From: Eubacteriales bacterium
GTDB lineage: Bacteria > Bacillota > Clostridia > Oscillospirales > CAG-272
Assembly: GCA_045593485.1 (NCBI GenBank)
Contig: JAZNWS010000169.1
Location: forward strand, 1 to 32,258
DNA: 32,258 nt
Direction of reading: 5' to 3'
The notes below the pieces were generated by a model, which saw only the letters and a program-made list of their open reading frames with translations, did no database searches and had not been told where the DNA came from. Positions within the stretch are counted from its first letter, which is position 1. The number at the start of each line of letters is the position of its first letter. A program made the translations under genes and the position numbers. Shown here piece by piece: positions 17,990-26,818 of this stretch.

Positions 17990-18412
17990 TTATTTTTCCT
18001 CAAACTTCGCCTCACAGTAAGCGCAGCGGTAAATTCTGTTTTTCGCGTTTGAAAGGTTGAATCTGTGAGGCAGTTCCTGCTCGGTTGACGTGATACATCT
18101 GGGGTTTTTGCAGAATATTACGTTTGTAAGCTTCTCGGGCAAGGATATATTCTTTTTCTCAACTATATTTCCGCCCTTTATGATATTTACAGTGACACCT
18201 GGGTCAACGTAGCCGAGTATATCCATATTCACGGATATGTCGGCGTCTATTTTGATTATGTCCTTTTTGCCCATCTTACCGCTGGCTACGTTTTTGATTA
18301 TCGCAACCGTGCAGTCCTTGGAGTCAAGCTCCAAAAGATTGTAAAGAGTCAGCGCCTTGCCTGCGGTTATATGGTCTATTACTATACCGTTATTTATGGA
18401 ATCTACGAACAT
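17990..18412 (-). CDS. pyrI: Aspartate carbamoyltransferase regulatory chain
   Basis: GIVIDHITAG, GKKDIIKI, Zn ligands CKNPRC...CAYC; directly after pyrB. Confidence 0.95.
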   Translation of the reverse strand: MFVDSINNGIVIDHITAGKALTLYNLLELDSKDCTVAIIKNVASGKMGKKDIIKIDADISVNMDILGYVDPGVTVNIIKGGNIVEKKNISLPEKLTNVIFCKNPRCITSTEQELPHRFNLSNAKNRIYRCAYCEAKFEEK

Positions 18413-18415
18413 ATC

Positions 18416-19336
18416 TTAAGCCTCCAATCCCAGCAGCTTCATAATAAGCGCCATTCTCATATATTTGCCGTTGAGCACCTGCTTGAAATAGCACGCGCGG
18501 GGGTCGTTGTCTATCGCGACGGAAATTTCATTAACTCTCGGGAGCGGGTGCATAATGCAGAGGTCAGCCTTTGCGCTCTTGAGCTTTTCGGGAGTGAGTA
18601 TGTAACTGTCCTTAAGACGCAGATAGTCCTCCTCGTTGAAAAATCTCTCGCGCTGAACTCTTGTCATATACAGTATGTCAAGCTCGGGCATAACTGCCTC
18701 AAGGTCTGTTGTCTGAATATATTCAAGGCCGTGCGCCTGTATAACGTCCTTTTTGACGTAGCTCGGGAGCTTCAACTCCACGGGGGAGATAAGCACGAAC
18801 TTAATGCCCGTATATCTTGAAAGAGCCTCAATAAGCGAGTGTACCGTGCGTCCGAATTTAAGGTCGCCGCAGAGTCCAACGGTGAGATTGTCAAGTCTTC
18901 CCTTTTCACGAGAGATCGTGCAAAGGTCGGCAAGCGTCTGCGTGGGGTGGTTGTGACCACCGTCGCCCGCGTTTATAACGGGAATGGACGCATTCATAGC
19001 AGCAACCAAGGGCGCGCCCTCCTTGGGATGACGCATAGCGATTATATCCGCATAGCAGGAGACCGTCTTTGCGGTGTCCGCAACGCTCTCGCCTTTTGCT
19101 GCGGAGCTTGACGCGGCGTTGGACATACTCAAAACGTTTCCTCCAAGCTCGTACATTGCCGCCTCAAAGGACAGTCTGGTACGTGTTGACGGCTCAAAAA
19201 ACAGAGTCGCGAGCTTTTTGCCGTGGCAGACCTCGGAATATTTCTTGGGGTTTGCGATAATATCCTCTGCCGTGCGGATAAGCTCCTCAATTTCAATTGT
19301 CGAAAGGTCTCTTATATCTATAAGACTTCTGCTCAT
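18416..19336 (-). CDS. pyrB: Aspartate carbamoyltransferase catalytic chain
   Basis: [47 protein letters not shown]. Confidence 0.97.
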   Translation of the reverse strand: MSRSLIDIRDLSTIEIEELIRTAEDIIANPKKYSEVCHGKKLATLFFEPSTRTRLSFEAAMYELGGNVLSMSNAASSSAAKGESVADTAKTVSCYADIIAMRHPKEGAPLVAAMNASIPVINAGDGGHNHPTQTLADLCTISREKGRLDNLTVGLCGDLKFGRTVHSLIEALSRYTGIKFVLISPVELKLPSYVKKDVIQAHGLEYIQTTDLEAVMPELDILYMTRVQRERFFNEEDYLRLKDSYILTPEKLKSAKADLCIMHPLPRVNEISVAIDNDPRACYFKQVLNGKYMRMALIMKLLGLEA

Positions 19337-19394
19337 TGTTTTATCCTTTCTTTTTTAGGATTGATAGATATGTGTGCTGTTTTGCTCGGCAAGA

Positions 19395-20051
19395 TTAAGC
19401 CTTTGCGCCATTAACAGAAAGGTAGTTCTTTATTCTCTCGACGTTCTCGCGATTTGCCTCGTCTTCTTCGAGGTATTCGATAATGTCGTAAACGTCAACT
19501 ATGGAATATACGGGGAAGCCAAACTGCTCCTCGATTTCCTGCATAGCGCCCTTCTCGGTCTGTCCCTTTTCCTTGCGGTCAACCATAATGAACGTAGCCG
19601 CGACCTTGACTCCGTCAAGGTGGGAGAGTATCTCCATGCTCTCGCGGATCGCCGTGCCGGCGGTGATAACGTCCTCGATAATTACTACCTCTTCACCGGG
19701 TGTGGGAACGTAGCCTACGAAAACGCCGCCCTCACCGTGATCCTTAACCTCTTTTCTGTTAAAGAAGAAAGGAACGTTGAGGTCATTCTTTGAAAGCGCG
19801 ACTGCCGCAGAAACTGCGAGGGAGATTCCCTTGTATGCGGGGCCGTAAAGAACTGCCTTCTTTGCGCCAAGCTTTTCAAAATATGCCTTTGCGTAAAACT
19901 CACCGAGCTTTGCGATGTCGTCGCCCGTCTTTATCATACCCGCGTTTATAAAGTAGGGTATTTTTCTTCCTGACTTTGCGGTAAAGTCACCAAACTTGAG
20001 CACTCCTGCGCTCTCCAAAAACTGTATAAATTCTCTCTTATAGCTTTGCAT
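19395..20051 (-). CDS. pyrE: Orotate phosphoribosyltransferase
   Basis: LKFGDFTAKSGR.PYF.N, GPAYKGI, NRKEVKDHGEGG, PRPP motif IIEDVITAGTA. Confidence 0.96.
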   Translation of the reverse strand: MQSYKREFIQFLESAGVLKFGDFTAKSGRKIPYFINAGMIKTGDDIAKLGEFYAKAYFEKLGAKKAVLYGPAYKGISLAVSAAVALSKNDLNVPFFFNRKEVKDHGEGGVFVGYVPTPGEEVVIIEDVITAGTAIRESMEILSHLDGVKVAATFIMVDRKEKGQTEKGAMQEIEEQFGFPVYSIVDVYDIIEYLEEDEANRENVERIKNYLSVNGAKA

Positions 20052-20065
20052 TTTATTTCTCCTTT

Positions 20066-20764
20066 TTATCCTACGAATTCCGCAACGCAGCGTCTATATG
20101 CCGCAACGGGATCAGCCGCCGCAGTGATAGGTCTGCCGACAACGATGTAGTCCGAGCCAATCTCCTTTGCTTGCGCGGGTGTCATAACTCTCTTCTGGTC
20201 GCCAACATCACCGTCCGCAAATCTTACACCGGGGGTGACTGTGCAGAAGTTATCTCCGCAGGTCGCATGCACCTTGCCTGCCTCAAGGGGCGAGCAAACT
20301 ACGCCGTCAAGTCCTGCAACCTTTGCATTGTGCGCGTAGTGCATAACTACCTCGTCGATAGGTCTGTCGATAAGAAGATCGTTTGTCATTCTCTCCTGGT
20401 CGGTAGATGTAAGCTGAGTCACCGCAATGAGCATGGGACGTGTGCCGTCGGGGCGTGTAAGTCCCTCAATAGCCGCCTGCATCATAGATATAGTTCCTGC
20501 CGCGTGGAGGTTTGTCATATCCACGTCAAGACGGGAAAGCACAGCCATGGACTTTTTAACCGTGTTAGGAATATCGTGAAGCTTGAGGTCAAGGAATATC
20601 TTATGTCCTCTCGCCTTTATCTGTCTTACTATCTCGGGGCCCTCTGCGTAGAAAAGCTCCATGCCTATCTTTACGAAAGGCTTTTCATCCTGAAATTTGT
20701 CCAGAAAGCTGAACACCTGCTCCGCGCTTGCAAAATCACAAGCTACAATTACGTCTTTTCCCAT
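20066..20764 (-). CDS. pyrF: Orotidine-5'-phosphate decarboxylase
   Basis: [42 protein letters not shown]. Confidence 0.97.
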   Translation of the reverse strand: MGKDVIVACDFASAEQVFSFLDKFQDEKPFVKIGMELFYAEGPEIVRQIKARGHKIFLDLKLHDIPNTVKKSMAVLSRLDVDMTNLHAAGTISMMQAAIEGLTRPDGTRPMLIAVTQLTSTDQERMTNDLLIDRPIDEVVMHYAHNAKVAGLDGVVCSPLEAGKVHATCGDNFCTVTPGVRFADGDVGDQKRVMTPAQAKEIGSDYIVVGRPITAAADPVAAYRRCVAEFVG

Positions 20765-20783
20765 TTTTATATCCTCCGTTTAT

Positions 20784-21701
20784 TTAGTGAGCCGCGCCGA
20801 TAATATCGGAAAGGCTGTTTATTCTGTATTTTTCCATAGCTCTCGGAAGGTCGTTTACTATATCGCGTGACGCGTAAGGGTTGATGAGATTGGCCGCGCC
20901 GACCTCGACCGCCGTAGCGCCCGCGAGCATATACTCAATAACGTCCTCAGCAGACTGCACGCCTCCCATACCGACTATGGGAATTTTAACCGCGTCATAT
21001 ACCTGATAGACCATTCTGATTCCCACAGGCTTTATCGCGGGGCCGGAGAATCCGCCCATTTTGTTGGCGATCACGGGCTTTTTGGTCTTGAGGTCAATTC
21101 TCATGCCAAGCAGCGTGTTTATAAGGCTTATTCCGTCAGCGCCTGCCGCCTCGCAAGCCTTTGCGATTGATACGATATCCGTCACGTTCGGGGAAAGCTT
21201 GATTATAAGGGGCTTATTTGTGACCTTACGCACCGCCGCGGTCACCTCTGCCGCCGCCTTGGGGTCTGTGCCGAAGCTCATACCGCCGCCGTGAACGTTG
21301 GGGCAGGACACGTTTACCTCAAACCAGCCTATCTGCTCCTCGCCGTCAAGACGCTCGACTGTGTACGCGTAATCCTCAATCGAAAATCCACTCACATTTG
21401 CCATAACGGGCTTGTGAAATACTCTCTTGAGCTTGGGAAGCTCCTCGGATATGACCTTGTCAACGCCGGGGTTCTGAAGTCCGACGGCATTTATCATACC
21501 CTCGGTGCACTCCGCAATTCTGGGGGTGGGATTTCCAAATCTCTTGTCCTTGGTCGTACCCTTGAAGGAGAACGAGCCAAGGCAGTTTATGTCGTAAAGC
21601 TCCGCAAATTCATATCCAAATCCAAACGTACCGCTTGCGGGGATTATGGGGTTGTCCATTTCAACTCCGCAGAGATTGACCTTAGTTATGCATTCTCCCA
21701 T
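20784..21701 (-). CDS. pyrD: Dihydroorotate dehydrogenase, family 1B catalytic subunit
   Basis: ASGTFGFG, GNPTPRI, NAVGLQNPG, NVSCPNV, KLSPNVTDI, GGFSGPAIKP; overlaps the pyrK stop. Confidence 0.96.
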   Translation of the reverse strand: MGECITKVNLCGVEMDNPIIPASGTFGFGYEFAELYDINCLGSFSFKGTTKDKRFGNPTPRIAECTEGMINAVGLQNPGVDKVISEELPKLKRVFHKPVMANVSGFSIEDYAYTVERLDGEEQIGWFEVNVSCPNVHGGGMSFGTDPKAAAEVTAAVRKVTNKPLIIKLSPNVTDIVSIAKACEAAGADGISLINTLLGMRIDLKTKKPVIANKMGGFSGPAIKPVGIRMVYQVYDAVKIPIVGMGGVQSAEDVIEYMLAGATAVEVGAANLINPYASRDIVNDLPRAMEKYRINSLSDIIGAAH

Positions 21702-22426
21702 TTTATTTCCTCCCTCTCAAGCACGGGACCGTCCTTGCAAATTCTCTTGTATCCTGTGAGCGTCTGACACGAGCAACCCATACACGCGCCAAATCCGCAG
21801 CCCATTCTCTCCTCAAAACTGAGCTGACCGCTTGTTGTCGCCACCTGGTTTATCGCGCGGAACATAGGCATAGGTCCGCAGGTGTAAAAATAGGAGTATT
21901 CCATATCCTTGAGCACATCGGTCACAAAGCCCTTTGTGCCAACGCTTCCGTCAACCGTTGTTATATACACTTTATCAGTAAGCGCCTTGAATTCGTCGTA
22001 ACAGAATATCTCCTCTGCCTTGTTAAAGCCAAGGATTACGGACGGAGATTTGCCCTCGGATATAAGCTTTTTGCAAAGTCCGTAAAGCGGAGGGATTCCA
22101 ACACCGCCGCCGATAAGAACGGGATTTTCTCCCGACTTTGACGTATCGTAGCCGTTTCCGAGTCCTACAAGCACATCAAGTGTCTGTCCCGCGGTCATCT
22201 CTGCAAGTCTTTCAGTTCCCTCGCCTACTACCTTGTAGATGATTACTATACTGTTCTCGTCATAGTCGTGTACCGATATGGGGCGGCGCAAGTAAAGTCC
22301 GTCTATCAGAATGTTTACGAACTGTCCCGTCGCCGTGCAAGCTGACGTGTCGCCGATAAGCGTCATTTTGTAAACGCTCGGCGCAAGCTTTATGTTCTCC
22401 CCTATTGTGTAAATTCCCTGTGTCAT
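21686..22426 (-). CDS. pyrK: Dihydroorotate dehydrogenase electron transfer subunit
   Basis: GQFVN, LRRPIS, GGGVGIPP, [2Fe-2S] motif EERMGCGFGACMGC...ICKDGPV. Confidence 0.96.
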   Translation of the reverse strand: MTQGIYTIGENIKLAPSVYKMTLIGDTSACTATGQFVNILIDGLYLRRPISVHDYDENSIVIIYKVVGEGTERLAEMTAGQTLDVLVGLGNGYDTSKSGENPVLIGGGVGIPPLYGLCKKLISEGKSPSVILGFNKAEEIFCYDEFKALTDKVYITTVDGSVGTKGFVTDVLKDMEYSYFYTCGPMPMFRAINQVATTSGQLSFEERMGCGFGACMGCSCQTLTGYKRICKDGPVLEREEIKWENA

Positions 22427-22427
22427 T

Positions 22428-23687
22428 TTATATCTCCCTTTTGTTTCTGTAAACTATTTTCCCGTCGCAGACGGTCATAAGACAAGTGCCATATACCTCA
22501 TCTCCGTCAAACGGCGTGCTTCTGCCCTTCGTTAAAAACTGCTCGGGGTTGATTTTTGTCTGCTTGTCAACATCCCAGACCGAGAAGCCCAAGTCGCCCT
22601 CGATTCCGAATCTCTCTCGGGGATTGTAGACCATAAGTTCAAGCAATCTCTCAAGCGTTATAACTCCTGTTTTTACGAAATTCGTATACATCTCCGCAAA
22701 CGCCGACTCAAGTCCGACAACTCCCATCGCCGACTTTTCAAGTCCTCGGGACTTTTCCTCGTGTGAGTGCGGCGCGTGGTCGGTGGCTATCATATCTATT
22801 GTGCCGTCAAGCACGCCCGCGACAAGAGCCTCGCGGTCAGACTTGTCACGCAGAGGAGGATTCATCTTAAATCTTGCGTTTTCGCAAAGATTTGAGTCGT
22901 CAAGAATAAGGTAGTGCGGTCCCGTCTCGCAGGTCACGTCAACTCCCGCCGCCTTAGCGCGTCGGATTATGTCAACCGATTCCTTGGTGGATATGTGACA
23001 GACGTGGTATTTAACGCCCGTCTTTTTTGCAAGCTCAATATCTCGCGCGATAGGTCCCCACTCGCTCTCCGAGCAGATTCCTCTGTGTCCGTGCACCTTG
23101 GCGTACTGACCGTCGTGTATATATCCGCCGTTCAGGAGCGAATTGTCCTCACAGTGCGCGGAGATTATCTTATTCAAAGTGGCAGCGCGTCTCATTAAGC
23201 TTTCCATCATCTCGGCAGACTGAACTCCACGTCCGTCGTCGGAGTAGCCGATGACGTTCTCGGACATTCCCTCAAGGTCTGCCGATTCTCTGCCCGCCTC
23301 AGCAACAGTCAATGCGCCGAATGGGTGAACGTGAATTATAGCCTTTTCTTTTATCGCGTCAAGCTGTATTTTGAGATTTTCTACCGAGTCGGGCACGGGG
23401 TTGAGGTTTGGCATTGTGCAAACGTCGGTATAGCCGCCCGCAGCCGCCGAGGACGAGCCCGTGGATATATCCTCTTTATACAAAAATCCCGGCTCGCGAA
23501 AATGCACGTGCACATCGCAAAATCCGGGCAGAATAAGACAATTATTAAAGGTGACGGAGTCAGCGCCGTCAATTACAGAGTTATCGAGAGAATCAAGGGA
23601 AAACAGCTTGCCATCGCAACAGACAAAATCACCATGTATCTTGCTTTTATTCAGATAATTTTCGGAATTTTTGAAGATATAAAGCAT
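22428..23687 (-). CDS. pyrC: Dihydroorotase (type I)
   Basis: PGFCDVHVHFREPG, MPNLNP, SDDG, AHCED, HVCHIST, KMNPPLR, IATDHAPH. Start likely ATG at 23687 behind GGGAGA; GTG at 23729 is an alternative. Confidence 0.95.
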   Translation of the reverse strand: MLYIFKNSENYLNKSKIHGDFVCCDGKLFSLDSLDNSVIDGADSVTFNNCLILPGFCDVHVHFREPGFLYKEDISTGSSSAAAGGYTDVCTMPNLNPVPDSVENLKIQLDAIKEKAIIHVHPFGALTVAEAGRESADLEGMSENVIGYSDDGRGVQSAEMMESLMRRAATLNKIISAHCEDNSLLNGGYIHDGQYAKVHGHRGICSESEWGPIARDIELAKKTGVKYHVCHISTKESVDIIRRAKAAGVDVTCETGPHYLILDDSNLCENARFKMNPPLRDKSDREALVAGVLDGTIDMIATDHAPHSHEEKSRGLEKSAMGVVGLESAFAEMYTNFVKTGVITLERLLELMVYNPRERFGIEGDLGFSVWDVDKQTKINPEQFLTKGRSTPFDGDEVYGTCLMTVCDGKIVYRNKREI

Positions 23688-23753
23688 CTGAACTTCTCCC
23701 TTTTTCGCGACTTTTCGGGCAGTCAACACATACTCCCCGATTATATTTATAAT

Positions 23754-23782
23754 ATTATATCATATAATATTTTTGTTGTCAA
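23754..23782 (-). promoter_or_regulatory. Consensus sigma-A promoter of the pyr operon
   Basis: Minus strand TTGACA (23782-23777), 17-bp spacer ending TGA (extended -10 TG), TATAAT (23759-23754). Confidence 0.85.
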
Positions 23783-23838
23783 CAATCTTGAAGATTTATT
23801 TGCCGTGAAAATAAAATTGAAAATTTTAAAAAAACATA

Positions 23839-23867
23839 TTGACAAAGGAGTTTTTTTGTGATATGAT
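23839..23867 (+). promoter_or_regulatory. Sigma-A promoter of tRNA-Ser
   Basis: TTGACA (23839-23844), 17-bp spacer with TG, TATGAT (23862-23867); A/T-rich UP-like region upstream. Confidence 0.85.
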
Positions 23868-23888
23868 ATTTAAGTCGCGAAACGACAC

Positions 23889-23980
23889 GGAGAAGTCGCC
23901 TAGTTGGTCGAGGGCGCACGATTGGAAATCGTGTAACCGTCAAAAGCGGTTCGAGAGTTCGAATCTCTCCTTCTCCGCCA
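23889..23980 (+). tRNA. tRNA-Ser (anticodon GGA)
   Basis: Acceptor GGAGAAG/CTTCTCC, discriminator G, encoded CCA; anticodon arm CACGA-TTGGAAA-TCGTG; long variable arm AACCG..CGGTT; T arm GAGAG-TTCGAAT-CTCTC. Confidence 0.97.
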
Positions 23981-24162
23981 GCGCAAAGAGCACCCAAAAG
24001 GGTGCTCTTTTTGCGTTGGCGGAGAAGGAGAGCCTTGATGAAATCTTACACATAAATTTGCTCCGCAAATTTATGTTAAAGTTCGAATCTCTCCCCTCAC
24101 CATTTTTGATTACTCAATCGGGTGCTCTTTTTGCGTTGGCGGAGAAGGAGGGATTCGAACTC
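23955..24162. repeat. Array of direct and inverted copies of the tRNA-Ser 3' end with internal hairpins
   Basis: Exact 31-bp direct repeat at 24000-24030 and 24120-24150. 24137-24162 is the reverse complement of tRNA 23955-23980 (25/26). 15-bp AGTTCGAATCTCTCC at 23956 and 24080. Perfect 12-bp hairpin at 24050-24076. Confidence 0.9.
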
Positions 24163-24164
24163 AC

Positions 24165-24203
24165 CACAAACATAAAACACCCCCGATGCCAAGGCATCGG
24201 GGG
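24165..24203 (-). terminator. Intrinsic terminator of the OB-fold lipoprotein gene
   Basis: CCCCCGATGCC-aa-GGCATCGGGGG (24180-24203), followed on the minus strand by TGTTTTATGTTTG. Confidence 0.8.
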
Positions 24204-24210
24204 ATTATTA

Positions 24211-26712
24211 TTACTTAATAAAATTCAATTCGTTGAATATCTGTCCGTCCGCGGTGATTACCGAAAGAACGCAGCCCTTAAGGCCCTTTGCGTTCCAGTC
24301 GCACACTGCAACCTCAAGTGTGACTGTCTGATCTACAAACTGATTAAGCCAGGAATACTGATTTCCGCTGCTTGAATAGAGGAGGATCTTGTTTGTACCA
24401 TCCTCAAGATAGAAGTTAGTATAATACTTAGTTTCAACTTTGGTTACAGTAGCTGTGATAACATATACGGACGTAGTCTGTTCGGGAGTATCCTCAAGTC
24501 CGCAGATATCGGCAAGCGTCTTTCCTGTAATGAAGGACTCTGTGGAATACTCGTTTTTACCGTAATTGTTTACAAGGATTACAGCGCTGTCAATACATAT
24601 CTGTCCACCGCCGTCCTTGGTTATTGTTCTCGTACCCTCAACAATTATTTCGTGACCGATCTGGAGTCCTTCAAACGCGGTGGCGTCTACTCGAACTGCG
24701 ATAACACCCGTATTGTCGATAAGATAGAAGCCCGTCTGATTTACAAGAGAAGGTCCTACGACACCCTTAACTGTCACAACAGTGTCATTTGCGGAGTCTA
24801 TCGCTTCACCAACTGTGATGGAGTCTACATGGTCTGCAACAGTCACCTTGATGGTGCAGGTGTCGGTTTCGGTTATCTCGCCGTATGTTGCCGTCACCGT
24901 AATTGTAGCCTCGCCTGCCTTACCGCAGTGCATATAGGTCTTGCCGTCAACAGTTTCAAAGTAAACGACTTCATTATTGGAGGAAGTATAGGTAATTACA
25001 ACGTTCTCAAACTTGAGGAGCGTTGAGAATACGGCAGAAACCAGCTCAAGCTCGGGATCTGCGGAATATTCGGACATAAACTGGTCCATAACGTGATACT
25101 TGAGAGCATACGCGGGAGCATTATTTGTATCAAAGGTAAAGCCCTCGTCAACAACTGCTACAGGGAGGAATCTCCAGAAGCAGTCCGTAGCTGTGGACTT
25201 GGCGTTAAGCGCTACAAGGTATACCGTGCAGATCTTACCGTCAAACTCATCAAGCCAAGCAAAGTCACTACCGTTGCACTGTGTATATGTATATCCGCCT
25301 GTTACGCCATCAATGTCGTTGAAATAGTAATTTACAAATCCGCTGCCGGGCGCCTTGGAAACAAGTGCGTTGACTTTGAATATCTTGGACGTGATATCAA
25401 TGCTTACGGGTGTGTCAAGCATATCCTTGACTGTTGTTGTTTCAATCCAGCTCTTGTCAAACTCGTTGGTCGTCTTATCGTCGTTGGAGAGGAAGATAAC
25501 GGAGTCGATCTGGTTACAGCCGATATATCCGAACTTGTCAGCATTTGTCTGCTCTGTGTCAAGTATCCAATAGGTCTTTTGGCCCGCGATAGAGATCTTG
25601 TTTCCTATCTTTACGCGAGCTGCGGCGTCTCTGTCGTAAACGTAGGTAGAGCCCGTTTCGTCAACAAGAATAAAGCCAGAGGGTACCATTCCGTTAGCAT
25701 ATGTGATTCTTGCAACCACGCCGTCAACTCTGATCTTTGTGCCCTTTGCCGCGTCTCTTACCTCTGCAATAGACATCTCGGTGTACTGAGTTTCGTCGTA
25801 TTCTACCTCATTCTTTTCAAAGGAGACAAGTCTTGCGTTCTTTACCTCGGGAGTTCCGTTAAAGCTGTGGAGCGTGCAGGAAAGCACTACAGAGTCACCC
25901 TTGTAGGGCTTGTCTGTCATATCCGCATAGCCGATAGAGCCGTCAGCAGAGTAAGTTCCATAAACAACGATGGTGTCCTTGCCGTCGGTAATAGTCATAG
26001 CGCCGTACTGCGCCTTATCAATGGATACGACAATACCCTTTATGATGTAGCGCTCAGTAGTTGCTGTCTCGCCCTGAGCAAGAGCTATCTCTATAGCCTG
26101 AGCGATAGTGATCTCCGCGCCGTCATCGGGCTTTACAACGGGAGGAACAACGGGGGTCTCTCCCTTTGTGAATTCTATAAGTCTTGCGTTCTGAACTTCC
26201 TTTTTGCCGTTGTAGTTCTGAAGAGTTGCGTAAATAAGTACCTCGTCGCCAGCCTGAGGCTTTTCCTCAAGCTGATTGAACTTCAATGAACCGTCAGATG
26301 AATACGTACCGTAAACGTAAATAGAGCCTGTCTCATCGGAGATAGTCATCTCGCCATAGGATGCGTTGAGTATTTCCGTAATGGTAGCTCTGATATAATA
26401 ACGCTCGGTGGTGGGCGCGCTGCTGGGCTCGTCGCCGCAGATCGCGAGTGCCTCTTCAATGGTTATTGTGGTTATTTCCGTGGGGTTCTCCGTGGGATTT
26501 TCCGTGGGAGTGGTTGTGGGGTTCTCTGTGGGAGTAGTTGTAGGTGTCTCCGTGGGAGTAGTTGTAGGTGTCTCCGTAGGAGTAGTTGTGGGTGTCTCCG
26601 TGGGTGCATCTGTAGGTGTTTCTGTGGGCTTTTCATTGTCGCAAGCAACAAATGCGCCTACACAAAGCATAGCTACAAGCAAAATCACGAGCAAACTTTT
26701 AAAATGTTTCAT
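24211..26712 (-). CDS. Large surface lipoprotein with Pro/Thr linker, about six OB-fold-like modules and one Ig-like (Big_2-like) module; function unknown
   Basis: SD AAGGAG then MKHFKSLL..., hydrophobic stretch, lipobox FVAC, PTxx repeats; repeated pattern T/S-I.E...V.G.V...(F/M).(L/I).D.TG.I.V...G..(V/I); Ig-like TYTSSNNEVV...GEATITVTATYG. Domain calls are by eye. Confidence 0.8.
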   Translation of the reverse strand: MKHFKSLLVILLVAMLCVGAFVACDNEKPTETPTDAPTETPTTTPTETPTTTPTETPTTTPTENPTTTPTENPTENPTEITTITIEEALAICGDEPSSAPTTERYYIRATITEILNASYGEMTISDETGSIYVYGTYSSDGSLKFNQLEEKPQAGDEVLIYATLQNYNGKKEVQNARLIEFTKGETPVVPPVVKPDDGAEITIAQAIEIALAQGETATTERYIIKGIVVSIDKAQYGAMTITDGKDTIVVYGTYSADGSIGYADMTDKPYKGDSVVLSCTLHSFNGTPEVKNARLVSFEKNEVEYDETQYTEMSIAEVRDAAKGTKIRVDGVVARITYANGMVPSGFILVDETGSTYVYDRDAAARVKIGNKISIAGQKTYWILDTEQTNADKFGYIGCNQIDSVIFLSNDDKTTNEFDKSWIETTTVKDMLDTPVSIDITSKIFKVNALVSKAPGSGFVNYYFNDIDGVTGGYTYTQCNGSDFAWLDEFDGKICTVYLVALNAKSTATDCFWRFLPVAVVDEGFTFDTNNAPAYALKYHVMDQFMSEYSADPELELVSAVFSTLLKFENVVITYTSSNNEVVYFETVDGKTYMHCGKAGEATITVTATYGEITETDTCTIKVTVADHVDSITVGEAIDSANDTVVTVKGVVGPSLVNQTGFYLIDNTGVIAVRVDATAFEGLQIGHEIIVEGTRTITKDGGGQICIDSAVILVNNYGKNEYSTESFITGKTLADICGLEDTPEQTTSVYVITATVTKVETKYYTNFYLEDGTNKILLYSSSGNQYSWLNQFVDQTVTLEVAVCDWNAKGLKGCVLSVITADGQIFNELNFIK
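26476..26628 (-). repeat. Coding tandem repeat (12-bp period, 24-bp superperiod) encoding a PTET/PTTT/PTEN linker
   Basis: Repeated units such as GTGGGAGTAGTTGTAGGTGTCTCC on the + strand; protein KPTETPTDAPTETPTTTPTETPTTT...PTENPTENPTE. Confidence 0.9.
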
Positions 26713-26744
26713 CTGGCGTCTCCTTTTTTTTTGATTATACAAAT

Positions 26745-26773
26745 ATTATATTACTTTTTTCGACTCTTGTAAA
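26745..26773 (-). promoter_or_regulatory. Putative sigma-A promoter of the lipoprotein gene
   Basis: Minus strand TTTACA (26773-26768), 17-bp spacer, TATAAT (26750-26745). Confidence 0.7.
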
Positions 26774-26784
26774 GGGGGTTTATA

Positions 26785-26818
26785 AAAAAATAAAGAGGGA
26801 TATCCCTCTTTATTTTTT
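26785..26818 (-). terminator. Intrinsic terminator after copA
   Basis: AAAAAATAAAGAGGGA-ta-TCCCTCTTTATTTTTT inverted repeat at the copA stop. Confidence 0.75.

Noticed and set aside
24000-24150. 31-bp direct repeat as a mini-CRISPR array
   Set aside because: Only two copies, an 89-bp structured spacer, the repeat derives from the tRNA 3' end, and there are no cas genes.
23839-24375. 178-aa ORF with an internal repeat (GALFALAEKE twice), and the 72-aa ORF at 23779-23997
   Set aside because: Both overlap the tRNA and its promoter; the peptide repeat only reflects the 31-bp DNA repeat.
26724-26732. A9 tract (minus strand) just upstream of the lipoprotein SD as a phase-variation switch
   Set aside because: It lies outside the promoter spacer, the SD-ATG spacer and the probable CDS, so slippage would have little predicted effect; A/T runs are common in these intergenic regions.
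23980-26800. Intact integrative element or prophage at tRNA-Ser
   Set aside because: No integrase or phage genes, and I saw no distal direct att repeat in the window; at most a scar.
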